DNA of 64,000 nucleotides from Nymphaea colorata (Eukaryota): NCBI RefSeq assembly GCF_008831285.2, contig NC_045138.2, positions 16,182,001 to 16,246,000 of the forward strand, read 5' to 3'. Shown piece by piece: positions 26,263 to 40,433 of this stretch (position 1 is its first letter; each line of letters starts with the position of its first letter). The notes under the pieces were generated by a model. It saw only the letters and a program-made list of their open reading frames with translations, ran no database searches and was not told where the DNA came from. The position numbers and the translations under genes were made by a program.

Positions 26263-29200
26263 ATGGCGTTTCACCAATGCCATCTTACCCTCTACATCGG
26301 CTCTTCCTCGTCCTTCAAGTGTCATTCTACCTTCTTGATACCCTTTCCTTGCAGAAAACGGCCTACCCATGTCTCCTTTCTGCCTGCACTGAACAGTACG
26401 GGACTCGGGCTGACGGTGGGCAATGGTGCTGTATCCAGGGAGTCAAAGGTCCTCGGAGATTTCGATCTCGAAAACGAAATTTTCGAATTTATGCAGAACT
26501 CGGAGAAGCCCGACTCGTTTCCCACCAAGGAAGAGTTGATGGCAGCCGGGCGGGTAGATTTGGTGAACGCCATTCTGGCCGAAGATGGCTGGCTTTCGGC
26601 TGGTTGGGTGGAGGAGGAAGAACGGAATGTGCATCTGGAGACTGGGACAGGAAGTGGGTATGCACTGCGGAATTCGGTTGACGGCTTACCCTCTTATTCA
26701 TTGGCCTCGTATTCATCTTCGGTTGTGTCGAAGTCTTCTTCTTTGGGTAGATTAACGTAAGTTTTCCGGTAGTTATTGACAACCGATTGGTGTCCTTTAG
26801 CTCTAAACTTTGATGAAATAATGGGTTTAACGAGTATGTCTGTGACAGAGAAGCAGAGCATAGTAGTGAGGGGATTGAAGGTATATTGAACCGGTTGGAG
26901 AAAGAAAGAGCAGCTTTCTACCCACTGGAATCTCGAAAGAGAGATGAAACTAGACTAGAGAGAGAGAGAACAATGGAGCAGACAAGATATTCTTGGGGTA
27001 ACCTGACAAAGATGTATGGTGGCCAACTGCGCAGGCCGTCGGTAAGTGAACTACAGAAAGTCTCACTTGAAATTTAAAGATCTCCTGCGGTTTATCTTGT
27101 AATGGCACCATTGAGTTATTAAGTTACCTGTTGAGATCTCTACAGGAAAATCTTGACCTTCACATGTGAACAAAGGCTTGCAATCATGTAGCTTTTGCTG
27201 TATTTTCTGTATCTTTACCAGTATGGTGCTTGATATCTCCAAATGGCGATAAAGTTGATTGATACGGCCACTTTCCTAGTGCCTTCCAAGGTCCTTTAAA
27301 GGAGCTGCGGGTTGTGATTCTTTTTTATAACAGGGACTTGGCTACAATGGTTTTGCTCGATGGTCGGCTTTTCCAAGTTTCAACCGTGTTGTTTCTTCTT
27401 CTATTGAAACCCAAAAGATTTAAGAACTTTTCAATGTTATGCATGAATAACCTGCTTAGTTTATACTATTTCCTGAGGAAATTTATAAACTGGTGAAAAA
27501 TCCAAAGGGCCCCAAACTTATTGACCACTAAATGTCTCAGTGTTGACATTTTGTGTTCTTTGATCAAGTCTTTCTGTTTCTAAGGACCCAAACTGTCTGA
27601 TATCTATGCAAGAAGTGTAATTATTTCTGGGAGAAATTCCTTTACTGACTTGCAATTGTTTGTTATAAGGATTCCTTTCCAATAGTTCATGTCCTAGCCG
27701 GATTGTCCCCAAAGGCGTTTCATAATGTGTTTTAGGTTGTATATATCTCTGGGACTAATTGTTCTGTCTCCATTACCTAAAAGGAAGCAATGAGCACCGC
27801 TGAAGGAGCATTATCTTTTCCATCCCAAATGACTAATATCTTTCTGGATCGCTCTGGGGAGCAATGCTGCACTGAATTGTCTTTTACTAGAGAACATAAT
27901 AGTTCCAATCCTCATCAAGCATCGGAAATACAAACCTCCGAAAAAGATGATTATTTGAAAACTGATTTTGAAGGTACTTAATTTGTCTGGAGAGCCATTG
28001 CATTTCAGTTGATTGTTTTGGTTTAGGGAGAAATTTTATAATAATTTCATAATGTACAGTTAATGGATTCCTGAATGCAAAAAGTTCTTTGTATTCCACT
28101 GTAGATGCAATATACTGCAAAGAAGAGTGGGACATGGATGGTAAAAAAAGATACCGTGAGAGTTACCAAGAGTGCATGCATTCGCGTATTGAGAAATTGG
28201 AATCAGAGTTATCGGCAATGGTTCACTTAGTAAGGTCTGGAGAAGATGCACCTAATTGGAGCGAGGTTTGTAAATGCGATTTTCTTTGAATCTTCTGCAA
28301 ACTGTGCATCATTAGGGCATGTAGTTATGACTTGTGGTCTGAGTGGCACTTCCCCTGTGTTTCTGAGATGTAATTTTGGAGGTCATCAAGGTTTTACGTC
28401 CATTGAAGTGTATGCTGGGAGAGCTTCGCCTCCCTCTTTATTGCAAAAGAAATCAAGGTTTTATGTCATTTCCTCATTTGATGCTTTTACGATTTGGAAT
28501 CAGCTGACCGTTGTTGCAACCATGAGAATGGCAAGCAGAGGTGAAGTTCAAGTGTTTGGCGTACCGAGTAGTCTGTCACTTCCAGTACTAGCACTCATGT
28601 ACTTAAACTAGAAAAACATTTTATAGCTTGTAAAGTTTCTGATTTATGAGCAATAGACTAATTGCCGTGGTGTAATAAGAGTATCCATAACGTTTCTTGA
28701 GATGTATGCGATTTTTTTAAGTTACTGTGTAAGAAGCTACTTTTAAAATATCAAATGTTCTGCATGTCTAGAAATGCAGAAATTCCTTGGAGAAATTGCA
28801 TGATCTTTGTGAAGCTTGGGAGTTCCAGGAAAACGAAATTATGAAATCTCATGCTAAATTGCGAGCTACTCGTGCTAAGCTATCAATCCTAGAAGGCAAG
28901 ATGGCGCTCAAGATTATGTATTTCCTCCAACCTAGATACTTGTATCTAACATATTGCTCATCTATTTCTGAAGATAACTGGCGTTTTTCTTCCACAAAAC
29001 AGGGAAGCGCAGAAAGTAGCAGAAGAAAAGCGAAGCGAGATTGAAGAGGGTCAATGCCTTCTAAGTCTTCTGAGGACAACCTCCATAGTCTGGTCTAATT
29101 CAGGCGATGATGTTTTGTTAGTTGGATCATTTGATGGATGGACAAGCCAGGTTTTCACTTTCTATTTTTTGACTCTTTTCTGATTGTATTTGTTTGTTCT

Positions 29201-29679
29201 TTAAAAATAAAAGAAGACGGGTGCATAGACACGCACACATTGTTTCTCTGTCATGAAGTTTGTGTTAACCTCAAGAACTGGCAAGCTTCACATGCTTTTT
29301 ATGTTTGTACATGCTATGTTTATGAATTACTCTCATATACACATTAGAGAAGTCCGCTTGGTTTCTGTTGAAACCATAATTATGTCTTTTCTGAACAACT
29401 CTTTGGCACTGCTTCAAATTTGCAGAGGAGAATGGAGAGAACAAGTTCGGGTGTGTTTGTGCTGAACCTGAAGTTATACCCCGGCCGGTATGAGGTCAGT
29501 GAAGCATCTCAATTTCATGGTAGGCCTGAAACCTCGTGCCACTTTTGTCTGCTCTTCTGAACTGTGAGAAATTTGCGTTGCAGATAAAGTTCATTGTTGA
29601 TGGTATGTGGAGAATTGATCCACTTCGCACTGTTTTGAGCAACAATGGGCATGAAAATAACCTACTTGTCGTTTCTTGA
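26263..29679 (+). CDS. PTST2: PROTEIN TARGETING TO STARCH 2 / FLO6-like plastid protein (coiled coil plus C-terminal CBM48), 498 aa, 8 exons
   Basis: Exons 26263-26756, 26849-27041, 27784-27973, 28105-28265, 28772-28917, 29003-29150, 29426-29494 and 29584-29679 total 1497 nt in frame. Motifs: LENEIFEFMQNSEKPDSFPTKEEL..GWL, GIEGILNRLEKER, AWEFQENEIM, and CBM48 (VLLVGSFDGW, LYPGRYEIKFIVDGMW, NNGHENNLL). The N-terminus resembles a transit peptide. Confidence 0.88.
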
Positions 29680-30970
29680 ATTAGTGAAACCTTCTTGTCC
29701 ATTTCCTATGAATATCTTTATTATTGTAAAATCTCTCTCTCTCTCTCTCTCTCTCACAGTGCAGTGAAAGGTTAGAAAGAAAGAGAGCCCGTCCATGGTG
29801 GAGTAACTAAAACATGTTCGTATTTTTTTTTTCTTTGGAAACAGATGGCATTGTATAGTAGGTTAAAAGAATTTTGAAAATTGAGCTGGGTTTTGTTTAC
29901 CACAATCAGGGCTACGTTTGTAAATTTTTGAAATTTCATGACACAAAATGATTTGTTCCAGGTTTTTGTTGCTAAAACGATGTGAAAAATGAAGACATCC
30001 TCGACCCTCGCAGAGTTGCATCGGAGAATTTTTTTTTTTATGAGAGAAATTTAGGAAAAGAGCAATTTTTTTTTTTTTACTCAATGGAAACAAGAGAATG
30101 ATTGGGGTGTTCCCGACTTTCTCAGCTCGTCTCAATTTCAGTAAAAAACGAACCTGTTTAATGTAATTTAAAGTAACTAATCAGACCAAACTCATGTTAA
30201 AAATCATCTAAGTGTCATTACTGTCGAACGAATTTATAGCTGGTGGGACAAATGGCTGGACTATTAAGGGATTCTTTTGAACCGAATTTCTTTACATTGT
30301 TCAAGTTGCTGTTTTTTTCATTTGAACGTAAGGGACGCCTAGGCGTGAACTCATTTGGAAGTACCAGAGCTCATTGGGTACATATGGTCTTCATATTGTC
30401 TTCAAGTTATGCACCTACTTTGTCAGCTTGGGTGATGACTGATGAGCAACAGATGGAACTTTTTCCTTTCCTGAATTGGGGGTAAACTGTGCTAATCTTT
30501 GTAGGGTAACACCAAGAGAAAGCTTAGGCAATAAAACAGCAAGGTATGGCTTGATTCAGGGCCTTTCAACTTCACAGCCTTTACACACCTTGCGAGCAAT
30601 AATCATAAATATCAGAAGATCTTAAAAAACCAACGTTCAAACGAAGCTTTTTCTTTTTTGCACTGTTGAAGAAACGTTCCCAAAATCTATCTTCTCTTAG
30701 AAGTACTGCATTTTTGCAATTTATAATCTCTACATTTAGAATATGACGAATACTTTAAAGGAAGGCCGAAAGCTTAAATTATAAGATTCAAGATTTTCCT
30801 GACAAGAATCCTGACTATGTTCTAGAACAGAGGGGACTCATTGTCAAAGGGAGATTTGACAAACTATATTTGTTCCATATTTACACGAATCTAAGCTTCC
30901 CTCCGACTGCCAAGAAACTGCCATGGACTGTTGCATGGCCAGGTCTCTGCATAAAAAGCACGCTTCTCTA

Positions 30971-33900
30971 CTAGCAGTCTGAGTGAGTTTCATAGAATTC
31001 ACTTGGACATGGCGACATGATCCCTTCTTCAAGCATTTGCAGGACCACGTTCATAGAAGGGCGATCATCTGGATTTGCTTCAGTGCACTTCACTGCTATC
31101 TCAAGAACAGCTACCACGGTTTCCGGAATGATGCAGGTGCATGCCTTGTCGACTATCTCTTCCAGTCTGTTTTCCCTCATCAAGGTATTCAGCTGCAAGC
31201 AGGTTGAAAAGGAAGTAATATTAAACAGGAGACAGAAAAAAATTAACAATGTGGAATATAATATTTTTGATATCATACCCAACCAACAATGTTTAAGCCT
31301 TTCCTGACAAATTCCGGATCCGTTGGTCTCTTCCCACTCACGAGTTCCAGTAAGAGCACACCGAAGCTAAAAACATCAGATTTCTCAGTTGCCCGACCAC
31401 TGTGCAGATACTCTGCAATGTTAAAGACCATTGAGCTCAGACATATAGAAGTTCGTTGATAAGAAGGTTTCTTTCTTAAATGCTTAAAGTAACAAAATCT
31501 GATGAAGAAGATACTAGGTGCCTGAGCCTAATAAACTTTTGACCAAGATATGTACAGAAGGTGTATATCAAAGAAAAGACAAACTAAGAGGAAAGTTCTA
31601 TTCCGCATGCTATGAGCTCATGTATCCAGGTCATTTGAAAGAGAAAGTAATATACCTGGTGCGAGATAACCAAAAGTACCAGCAACAACAGTGGTTACTT
31701 GGGTTTCACTGTCTACCAGAAGCTTAGCAAGACCAAAGTCAGATACGTGAGGTTCCAGGTTCTCATCTAGCAGAATGTTGCTTGCTTTTATGTCCCTGTG
31801 CACAATTGCTGGAGAGCAGTCATGGTGAAGGTATGCAAGCCCTCTTGCTGAACCAAGAGCTATTCTCAGCCGTGCATTCCAGTTCAAAACTGGGTCTGCC
31901 TCGGTGTACTCTGTATACACAACATGCATCAGTATGACTAGGTGGCTCCTACATAGAACAAGCATAATATATAATTTGATGGCACTACTAATCTTATGGC
32001 CATGAATCAACAAAGTAGCAGGCGACTTACCATGGAGCCAGGTATCTAAGCTTCCTCGGATCATATAATCATATATGAGAAGCTTAGCAGAAGGGAAGAT
32101 ACAATAGCCTCTCAAACTAACCAGATTCATGTGTTTGAGGCTACCCAAATTTTCAAGTTCTCTCTCGAATTTCTGATCACTTCCCTCACGATTTCGATCT
32201 ATTCGCTTCACGGCAAAAGCACAATTGTCTTCCATCACGAGCTTGTACGCTGTCCCAAAACCTCCTACTCCGATAACATCAGTTTCATCGAGTAGCTCAA
32301 TCCTTCTGACGATATCATGTGGGGGATACGGTAAGTCACCACGAAAAATGACAAGCTTAGCACCTGCAGGAGAAACGAGAAGGCACATATATGTAAATGA
32401 AATAAACATAGATCCCCAAGTGCAAATACAGATATTATAACTTGCCTGAATCTGGTTCAATCTGCTTGTGAACTTTCGAGTATGTTTTACTGAATCTACC
32501 ATATTTGGATGACAAGCATGCCCAAAGAAGCCCAAGAAGTAACAGCAAGGCAAGACCTACAGCTGACGTGCCTCCTATGAGAAGAATGTACAAGCTCTGT
32601 GACGTCCTTCTTGGTGGAGTGACCTCTGCAGAATGAAAATGCTCAGCCCTAGAACATTGGATTATAGTGTATTTTAGAAAACATCCAACTGATTTTAACT
32701 CTTAGCTTGCCTGTTTCAGTGTCGTTCACCTCAACCGGAAGTACAGCAGGAAATCCCTTTGCATTTCTACATAGCTTTCCAATTTGATGGCCACATAAGT
32801 CAGAATTGCCGAAAAACCTGCATTCGTAACCAATAAGTAATCATTTCATTTGTTTCCTCATGTGGAAACTTTACAATTTATCACAAAAAAGCACAGCACC
32901 GAAACATAATTTTGGCATTTGATTTTATGATATCAGAGTCACAACATACTACTAAAATGTATAAACTGGCTATGGGTCTCTAGATATATAGCTAGAAAAT
33001 GGCCTCTCATCTAGGCATCAGGTCGCTCTAGTTGCCACATTCTTTGGTATTTTTCTTCATTGAGAATTTGCTAAATTGAACTATTGATTGTTCATGTTGA
33101 GGAAACAAAATGAACCTGATGACAGGGAGTAAAAAGATGGAGGAGGATCCGACTTACGAGTAGTTACTGAATGCTCCCAATGCACCATTTTTGGGGATCT
33201 CTCCGGACAAAAAGTTATTTGATAGATTTCTGTAAAATGTTGTCCATGAGATACAGCTTTGTGCTGAACCAACAGATACAAGGAGCAGCAGGAAGCTTAA
33301 CCAACTTACAGGAGTTGCAATCTTGCTAGATGGCCCAAAGAAGGAGGTATCGACCCGTTGAGAAGATTGCTAGAAAGATCCCTGCAAAAAAAATTACCAG
33401 CATCAAATTTTGGTTCTTCAAAAGGTGAATCAATACAGGTCTTTGTAAAAAAAAAATTGAGAATCACGGCAAGTGTTGGTTCCCGTGCAAAACTGCAAAT
33501 AATATAACAATGATAACAAGAACAGAGATAACAATTTAATTAGGTTGGCCATGACTTTACAAGATCAAGAGTTGAGGCAACTGGCCCAGCTCCTCTGGTA
33601 TCTCTCCTTCAAGGCGATTATCTCTCAAATACCTGAGTGAAAATGACCGATTTAATTAACTACCCACAAGCTGTCAAAGGCACCCCAGTTGCAGGAGAAG
33701 TGAACGACATGAAATTATTATGAAACAAATCAAGACATGAAAACGACAACTTAGATTCTCCACTTACAATGCTCTGAGAGCAGTTAAGTTACTCATCTCA
33801 GGAGGAATTGAGCCGTGCAAGCTGTTCCCATGAAATGCCCTGAATGCAGGAGAAAACAAACAATCGTAAACTTCCTAGCACCGTAAATGTGGACAAAGGG

Positions 33901-34411
33901 AGAAAATATACGTATGGCTTACAGTCTCTGAAGTCTGGTGAGCTTCCCAATGTTCGGATGTATCGTTCCAGCAAGATGTCGGTAGGGTAAAATTCTAAAG
34001 TGGATAGCAAACAAGGTCGGACTGGTTAAAAACTTACAGAAACTAACTCAAACAAGTGAAAAATGAACATCATGAGTTTTCCCACATAGAGGTAACTCTA
34101 AGATCATGGGGGTCACAGTTAATCCCAATCCAGTTGCATGGCGTGCTGTCCGAGCTTCTCCAGTCACTGAGAACTTGTTGGCTATCATTGAGTTGCATCT
34201 TCACTTCAAGCAGTGCTTCACCTGACCCCAAACATTCAAAAAATTTCAATCTTAGTCGAATGGGGAAGAAAAAGAAAAGCAGAAAAACAGAGTTTGGAGA
34301 AGGGAGATGACATGGGGAGTTGAGCTTACCGTCTGGCGTGAGAGAAGCAACAGATCTAAACCACCCAGTTGCTGCGACCATGCTCAACAAGACCCAGATT
34401 TCCATTCTCAT
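30971..34411 (-). CDS. FEI: FEI-like LRR receptor-like Ser/Thr kinase (LRR-XIIIa), 602 aa, 13 exons
   Basis: Exons: 34411-34330, 34221-34086, five 72-nt LRR exons (33994-33923, 33839-33768, 33632-33561, 33381-33310, 33229-33158), 32817-32711, 32625-32446 (TM), 32363-32031, 31910-31656, 31412-31279, 31192-30971; 1809 nt in total. It has a signal peptide, [39 protein letters not shown] and the C-terminus SPCPSEFY. Confidence 0.92.
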
Positions 34412-35547
34412 CTTTGGAGAAGCGAAACGGACAGGAGGAGATGGGCTACAAAGGAACAGGACAAAGAGAAAAGGGTTGCGGATTTGTATTGGGAAACCAG
34501 TTTTGTCTTGAGAAAGATCGAAGAGTGAATGAGAAGGAGAAAGCCTGTGAGTTTGAAGTTGGTGATTTGGTGTGGAATGGGGAGTCGTCCAACGTGACTT
34601 GTCTGTATTAATTGTCACTGTATTTCTTTAGCGCCGAGTCTGCTGACTGCCCATCGAAATCTGGGTTGCTGCAGCAACTAGCCGTTGTACGAACCTTGCG
34701 GGCGGGAAACGAATTCAAACACCAACACCAATAAAAAAATCACGATCACTTTCTACAAATTTTTTCATTAAAGCATCATGGTTTTACATAATATCGGAAA
34801 TTAAGCATGCAATTTTTTTTTTTTGGATGCTAACCTCACCCTTCCTGGCAACTGCCAAATCGAAGCATAGGAGTTTTAAGTCATGTTCCAATGAAATTTA
34901 AGTTTGCTAATGTTGTCCTTGCTTTTCTTCTTTTCAAACAAAACCAAGACAATGGCGGAGCCAGGATTTTTGAATGAGGAGCACTTGAGTTGATGATATA
35001 AGTTGAGACATGACAATGTGATCTAAAGAATCGGCGTGGATCAGGATTGACTTTAAATTAAAATTCAAAAAAAAGTGTGTATAGATAATGCATTAATTAA
35101 TGAACTAATTAATTTGATAGAAGGTAAATGGTACGAGAAGAAAGAAACCCTCGGATGTTTATAATATTGGTGGCAAACCGGTGCTGTGATTGCAGAAGTT
35201 TTGATTGAATAATGAGAAACATACTTAAGCTTTGGTTTCTTTCATTTAACCCTCGTTTCTTAGGTAGCATATGCGATGAAATCAAAACGGGGAGCATGCT
35301 TTTGTCATTCCATCAAAACTCGTGCTTCTTTTCACAAAAAAGAATTTTTTTTAAATATAATTTTTCAAATGAGAAAAAGAATCGTTCCCTGTCCTCCTCT
35401 GCTAGTTTGATAGAGGAAGCACGTGCTGCAACTCAGCGCGATCCCTTCCGTCCCTCTGGCTCCATTGCCTCTCGTTTGACGTTTAGTAGCGTAGCTCCAG
35501 TTGCCGCTTACTAAAATTCACTGTGTTCTTATTTCGTCAACAAAAAC

Positions 35548-35597
<50 letters not shown>

Positions 35598-35827
35598 GAA
35601 TACAACAAAATTTGTAGTAATTACTTGCTGGCCAGATGCTCAAATTATTTGGTTCAATTATCGTGTTATATGCAAGACAAATTTAATTGTAGTTATTACT
35701 AAGTTTGTAGGAGTTGAGCTCAAACAAATGCTTAATTATTTTCCTGTTAAGCCTACTTTCATGACCTTCAATTACACCTATTTTAACATAGTTAAGATGG
35801 AACAGTGAATTTTACACATAAAAGCAT

Positions 35828-36209
35828 CATAGTCACAAAAAATGCATTTTTTTCAAGAAAACACGAAAAATGTAATAAATTAAATGACCGTTTAAAACTT
35901 AAAAAAAACACGTTTTTTTGAAAAAAATGTTAAAAACAAAAAAAAAACCATGGATTTAACGCATTTGTTTTCACTTTTTTTAGTTTTTTAATGCCAAACA
36001 TTTTTTTTTCATTTACATTTTTTATTTGTCATAAATCTACTTATCTTGTGATATTTACGTTATTAGTTTCTCATTTATTTTATTTTTCTCACTTTTAATT
36101 TTTAAAATTTTTAAAAATTTACAGTATTTTTTCTGTTTTTTTTTCAAACTTGCCGTACTATACTCGAGAAAAATCTTACTTAAACTTCAAAACGTTATTT
36201 GTAACTATA
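35828..36209. mobile_element. Second copy of the 4259-4641 MITE family
   Basis: Starts CATAGTCACAAA and ends TTTGTAACTATA. The interior aligns with 4259-4641 (for example AAATCTACTTATCTT and TATTAGTTTCTCA). Confidence 0.7.
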
Positions 36210-36904
36210 AATAGAAGAAAGTTTTAACATAAAAAAACCAATTTATTGGCGCAAGAAGAATTTTTACCAAAAACCAAGGAAACCCACTTGTTTTTATCAA
36301 AGAAAGAGTAAAAAGAGGGATTTTAGGCACCTTGAACACCAGTTAGTAATTTGATGCCCACATCAACAAGAGGCACGAGATGACATTTAATGAACATAAT
36401 GGACAGACCTGTAATGATGTGATTATCACAGTGTTAGGAGCTTATTTGTGCTGTTTATGATACGCAACCTTGATCTTTTCAACGATCTTTTATCACTCCA
36501 TGGACTTTATTATCAATTCAGAAATAGAATGATACATTGTTCACCACATATACAGTAGTTTAGCTAGTTAGTCTTCGAATCTTACAAACTGCCCATACTT
36601 TTTGTGCTTCACTATAAACCTGTCTGCTCTTAAATATTCATGTTTACCGAACATCTTTATTTAATGCGCTACCTTGCCTCAAGCCGGTGGAGAAATGAAC
36701 ACATTTATGCTGGTTCCTTTACTAGAAGGACTCCTTCAATTGTGTCTCTTCTGCACATTCACTGCAACTTCTGTTCATTCATTGTCCTCTTCAATTTAGA
36801 CATCAATGAAGTTTTCAAAGATTCTAGTCTTCTAAACACAACTTTGTCTTAGCACCACCTTGGCAGCCAAATCAAGCGCACATCGCTAAAAAAACATGAC
36901 AAAC

Positions 36905-38386
36905 TCACTCCCACTTTGGCCGAATTTGATGGGGATGCTTGAAACAGCAAGTGAACACCACACTGCCATCAGCCTTCTTCAACATATACCTCTCTGATAG
37001 AACATAACATCCAAACTCATTCCACTGATCACTCTGCTCACAGTCAAAATCTCTCACCACCCTCACTTCCTTCTCCACCCCCTCTCTCATCATCTGCTCA
37101 TTTCTCATCTTCTCCAGGACCACTGTGCTCAATCCAATCCCAGTCAAGCCTCCCACACTGTTTCTACCCCTCATCAATACCATACCATCTTCTTTTCTCC
37201 TCTCCTCGTCCACAATGGCCTCCACCCCACCAAGCAGAGCCTCTTCCCTGCAGATGCTCGTGTTAACTGCAACCGTAGTCTCATTTTCCTTCCTTCCTGC
37301 TTTAAAAATCTCAACCCACTGCTGCTCAAGAGTTATTTTGTAATACACACTCGCTTTCATCTGATCCTTGACAATTGCCAGACCCCCACCGATCTCTTCA
37401 ATGAACACGAATGGGCAGTACCATTCTCCCACTGTCACGATGTTGGATCCCTTCTGCGATATCTGGAAGTCAAAATCCGGCAGTCTTAATCTGAGTGAGG
37501 CGTTCAAGCCATCAGCTTCCATTAACTTCAGGTCGCCCGGCAGCGCAGATGCAGATACTCTCCATCCTTTTCGGCGTAAAAACTCAGGTGGGAAGCCATT
37601 AGGTGCAACAGATTCGGTCGCGAATCCACGACGGCGGCTGATTATCTTCATCTGCTGGTAGACGTTGTTGGGGTTGAGGCGCGTGGGCTTCACGTCTTCC
37701 ACGCATTTGCAGAAGCAGCATGCGCTCATGTTCTCTTCCGTGGAACATGCGTAGACCAACCTGCAAAAGAGGGCATGTTCATGTAACCAATTTGAATTTT
37801 CTTACTAAATTTTCTGAATGGTTTCACTTGCATAGGCATAGACTACTCTAGTTTCAGACTCTAAGCACGAAAAAGGAAATGTTTACAATTAGTAACATAG
37901 CTATTGCACATCGAAAGAAAAGGAAGAACAATCCAAAGCCATAAGCCCCAAATATCTCAGCTGCAACAGAAACAGGCTACCGATGATCAAGAACAATAAA
38001 GAAGAGGAAGAAGAAGCAACAGTGAGAAGAGGAAAAAAGGGATACCCTTTTGTTTTTCGGCCGTCTGCTTTAACAACATAATAGAGGTTGGATGATAAGG
38101 GCTGCCCAAGAACGGGGAGGAAGAAAGCATTGTCATCGTAGTAGGTTTTCGTCTCTCCCGTGCTCTGGGCATATTTCACGGCCAGCAGCTTGTCTTGAGG
38201 GAAGGGCAGAGCAGTAACGTCGTCGTCCTCGCAGAAGCCAAAGCAACACGTTTCCGTGCCCCTCTCCCCTAGCTCATCAACTTGGTCCCGGAGGACGAGG
38301 TAACCTGAGTGAGGACCCTCCGGCGGCAGTAGCCCCGAAGCTGAAGGGTCTCTCTTGAATAGAGAAAGAGGTCTTGTAATATACAT
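36905..38386 (-). CDS. DUF1262-family protein, copy A1 (398 aa, 2 exons)
   Basis: Exons 38386-38046 and 37760-36905 are joined by a phase-2 GT-AG intron. Family motifs: MYITRPLSLFKRDP, PPEGPxSGYLV, LPFPQ, PVLGQPLSSNLYY, PxGFPPxFLRRKGW, VGEWYCPF, C-terminal KWE. Confidence 0.88.
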
Positions 38387-40433
38387 TATATGCGTTCAGG
38401 CTATCCTCCAGGGAAAGCTAAGTTTCTGCTTGAATTTCAGAAGTCTATCGCTTACTGTAAACATGAATACTTGGCAAGGGCAGAGCAATATGAGACGGCG
38501 TCCGCCATGGCCAACAGGTTTGATGCGCATCAAAGGCGGGTTGGCGGCCGTCTTAACTCTTAATCACGTTGCCTCCGTCGACAAAAATTTAGTTTTATGA
38601 GCAATGGTTGTCTGCCTTATACAAAACCAGAAATGATTTAACGTTTCGATTTCTTTTACGAATAAAATTCCTGTGATGAGTCCAAATGATGTGACTTTCA
38701 TAATTTTGGATATGCAGATCAATAATTAGCTATCCTTCAGAAACGGTTCAAAATTGACAAGATCAATGACTGGTCACACAGAGAATGCATGGCAATTGCA
38801 GGAAAAAGACAAACATGACAGCTTTAAAAACCACGGTCGAATGAGAGGGACATACACCAAACCCATTTTTTAGTATAAATTCTTTCAAGTTTAATTATAA
38901 ATGATCAACAAATTGAATATGAAACCGAGTCCAATATCTTGCACGAGATCTGACTCAATTACATATAAATGTAAAAGCTTCTGCTAATTGTATTCCGTTT
39001 CAAAGGGTAAGGTCTTAAAACCAGTGATTTGGTGAATAGGTTTTGACAATATTATAGAAAGTACTGAGTTACGAGTCGAGTATAAACAAGTCGAGTTCTT
39101 AAAACTAAAACTCAAATTGTTTATCGTTTCGAGTATCTTTGCAAGCTCGAACTCGGCTTGTTAATAAACGAGTTGAACACGAGCTGAGCTTTTTCCGAGC
39201 GAATTTGAGTCGAGCCTGAGTTGGTTCGGCTTGTTGTACAGCCCTGCAAGTGCTGCCCACACCAAACCCACGTTGTCACTTTTGGTGCCTACTCAAGTCT
39301 TCAAGTTTTTTTACATGTAATCTAAAAAAAATCATTTATTTTATATCAAAATTTTGAAAATGATATTTCAGCTTCTGTTAAAATTTTGAAAATATAAAAA
39401 TCTTCCTATTAAAAATTTCTAGCTTTATGGCCCAGTGCCACTGTCTTTCACAAGTCTTCTTCTTTAAGATGATCCTAAGTAGTTATAGGGTGATCGGAAT
39501 AGTTGTGGCTCTGTTCTTGCCGTTTGCCGAATTTGATTCTGGTAGCTACTTTTCCAAGTGGATCAATATTTATGAAAATTAAGGTCCAAAACCATTATGC
39601 GCATGAATTTAGAGCGGATCCAACTTTACATTTGGTTTGTAATCGATTATCCAAAGCAAAACCGATTTCGGAGATAGGGAACAGACCAGTTCATTGGACT
39701 TAATCGCCCTTTCACCATAATCGTAATATGGTAATATCACAAATAATTTTTGAATCCAGGTCCAACTAGACTAGTGACTAGACTTGATTTTCAGATCTAT
39801 ATAGTCATAGCACCTTTTTAGTTAGGATGACTTGCAAAGATCTGTTTTACATATACACCAAGTACAATATATGCAAGTTAAGGGGCCATTTGCCAAAAGG
39901 CATACTATATTAGCGTTCCAAAGGCAGGTGTGGGCAATTGCCCAGACTGACTAAAAAAAAGTGTATTTTCCTATTGAAACTTCACTTTCACATTTATATG
40001 CAGGTGCCCCTTAAATTAAAACTATATAACTAGTGATCTTTCACCAAAATTTGCTGGCTTCACTACTGGTGATATTTACTCACTTCTCACTTAGTTTTTC
40101 CTTTTCCTTTTTTTCATGTTCACTGAACATTCAGAGGACTTAAAAAGGGGACATGGAACACCAGTTCTAAAACAAAACTTTATTTAACTCATTTCCCATA
40201 TACACATACATGGAACGGCTTACATGAGGAGACATACATACCAATACAAGCTTTTCCTTATCAATACCACAAGCTTGGTTGCACAGTGATTGGTTGAAGG
40301 CACATCAGGAACATTCTTCTAAGGTTTTTCAGTTTTCAAACTGAGTTTACAACAAAGCATCATTGTAAATACGAACAAGAACTTAAGCAACTCCATGGAC
40401 ATATGTCACACCATTGACGACAGTCACAAATTG

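Noticed and set aside
27222..27340. Possible extra PTST2 exon after the CCAG at 27218-27221
   Set aside because: All three frames hit early stops, and the 27041-to-27784 splice is already in phase.
31618..32553. 311-aa ORF as a single-exon kinase
   Set aside because: It reads through introns with clear splice sites and starts out of frame in the TM exon. The 13-exon model restores the family sequence.
23410..39245. TCGAG-rich repeats as a possible CRISPR-like array
   Set aside because: There is no constant repeat-spacer periodicity and the context is eukaryotic. They fit MITE subterminal repeats.
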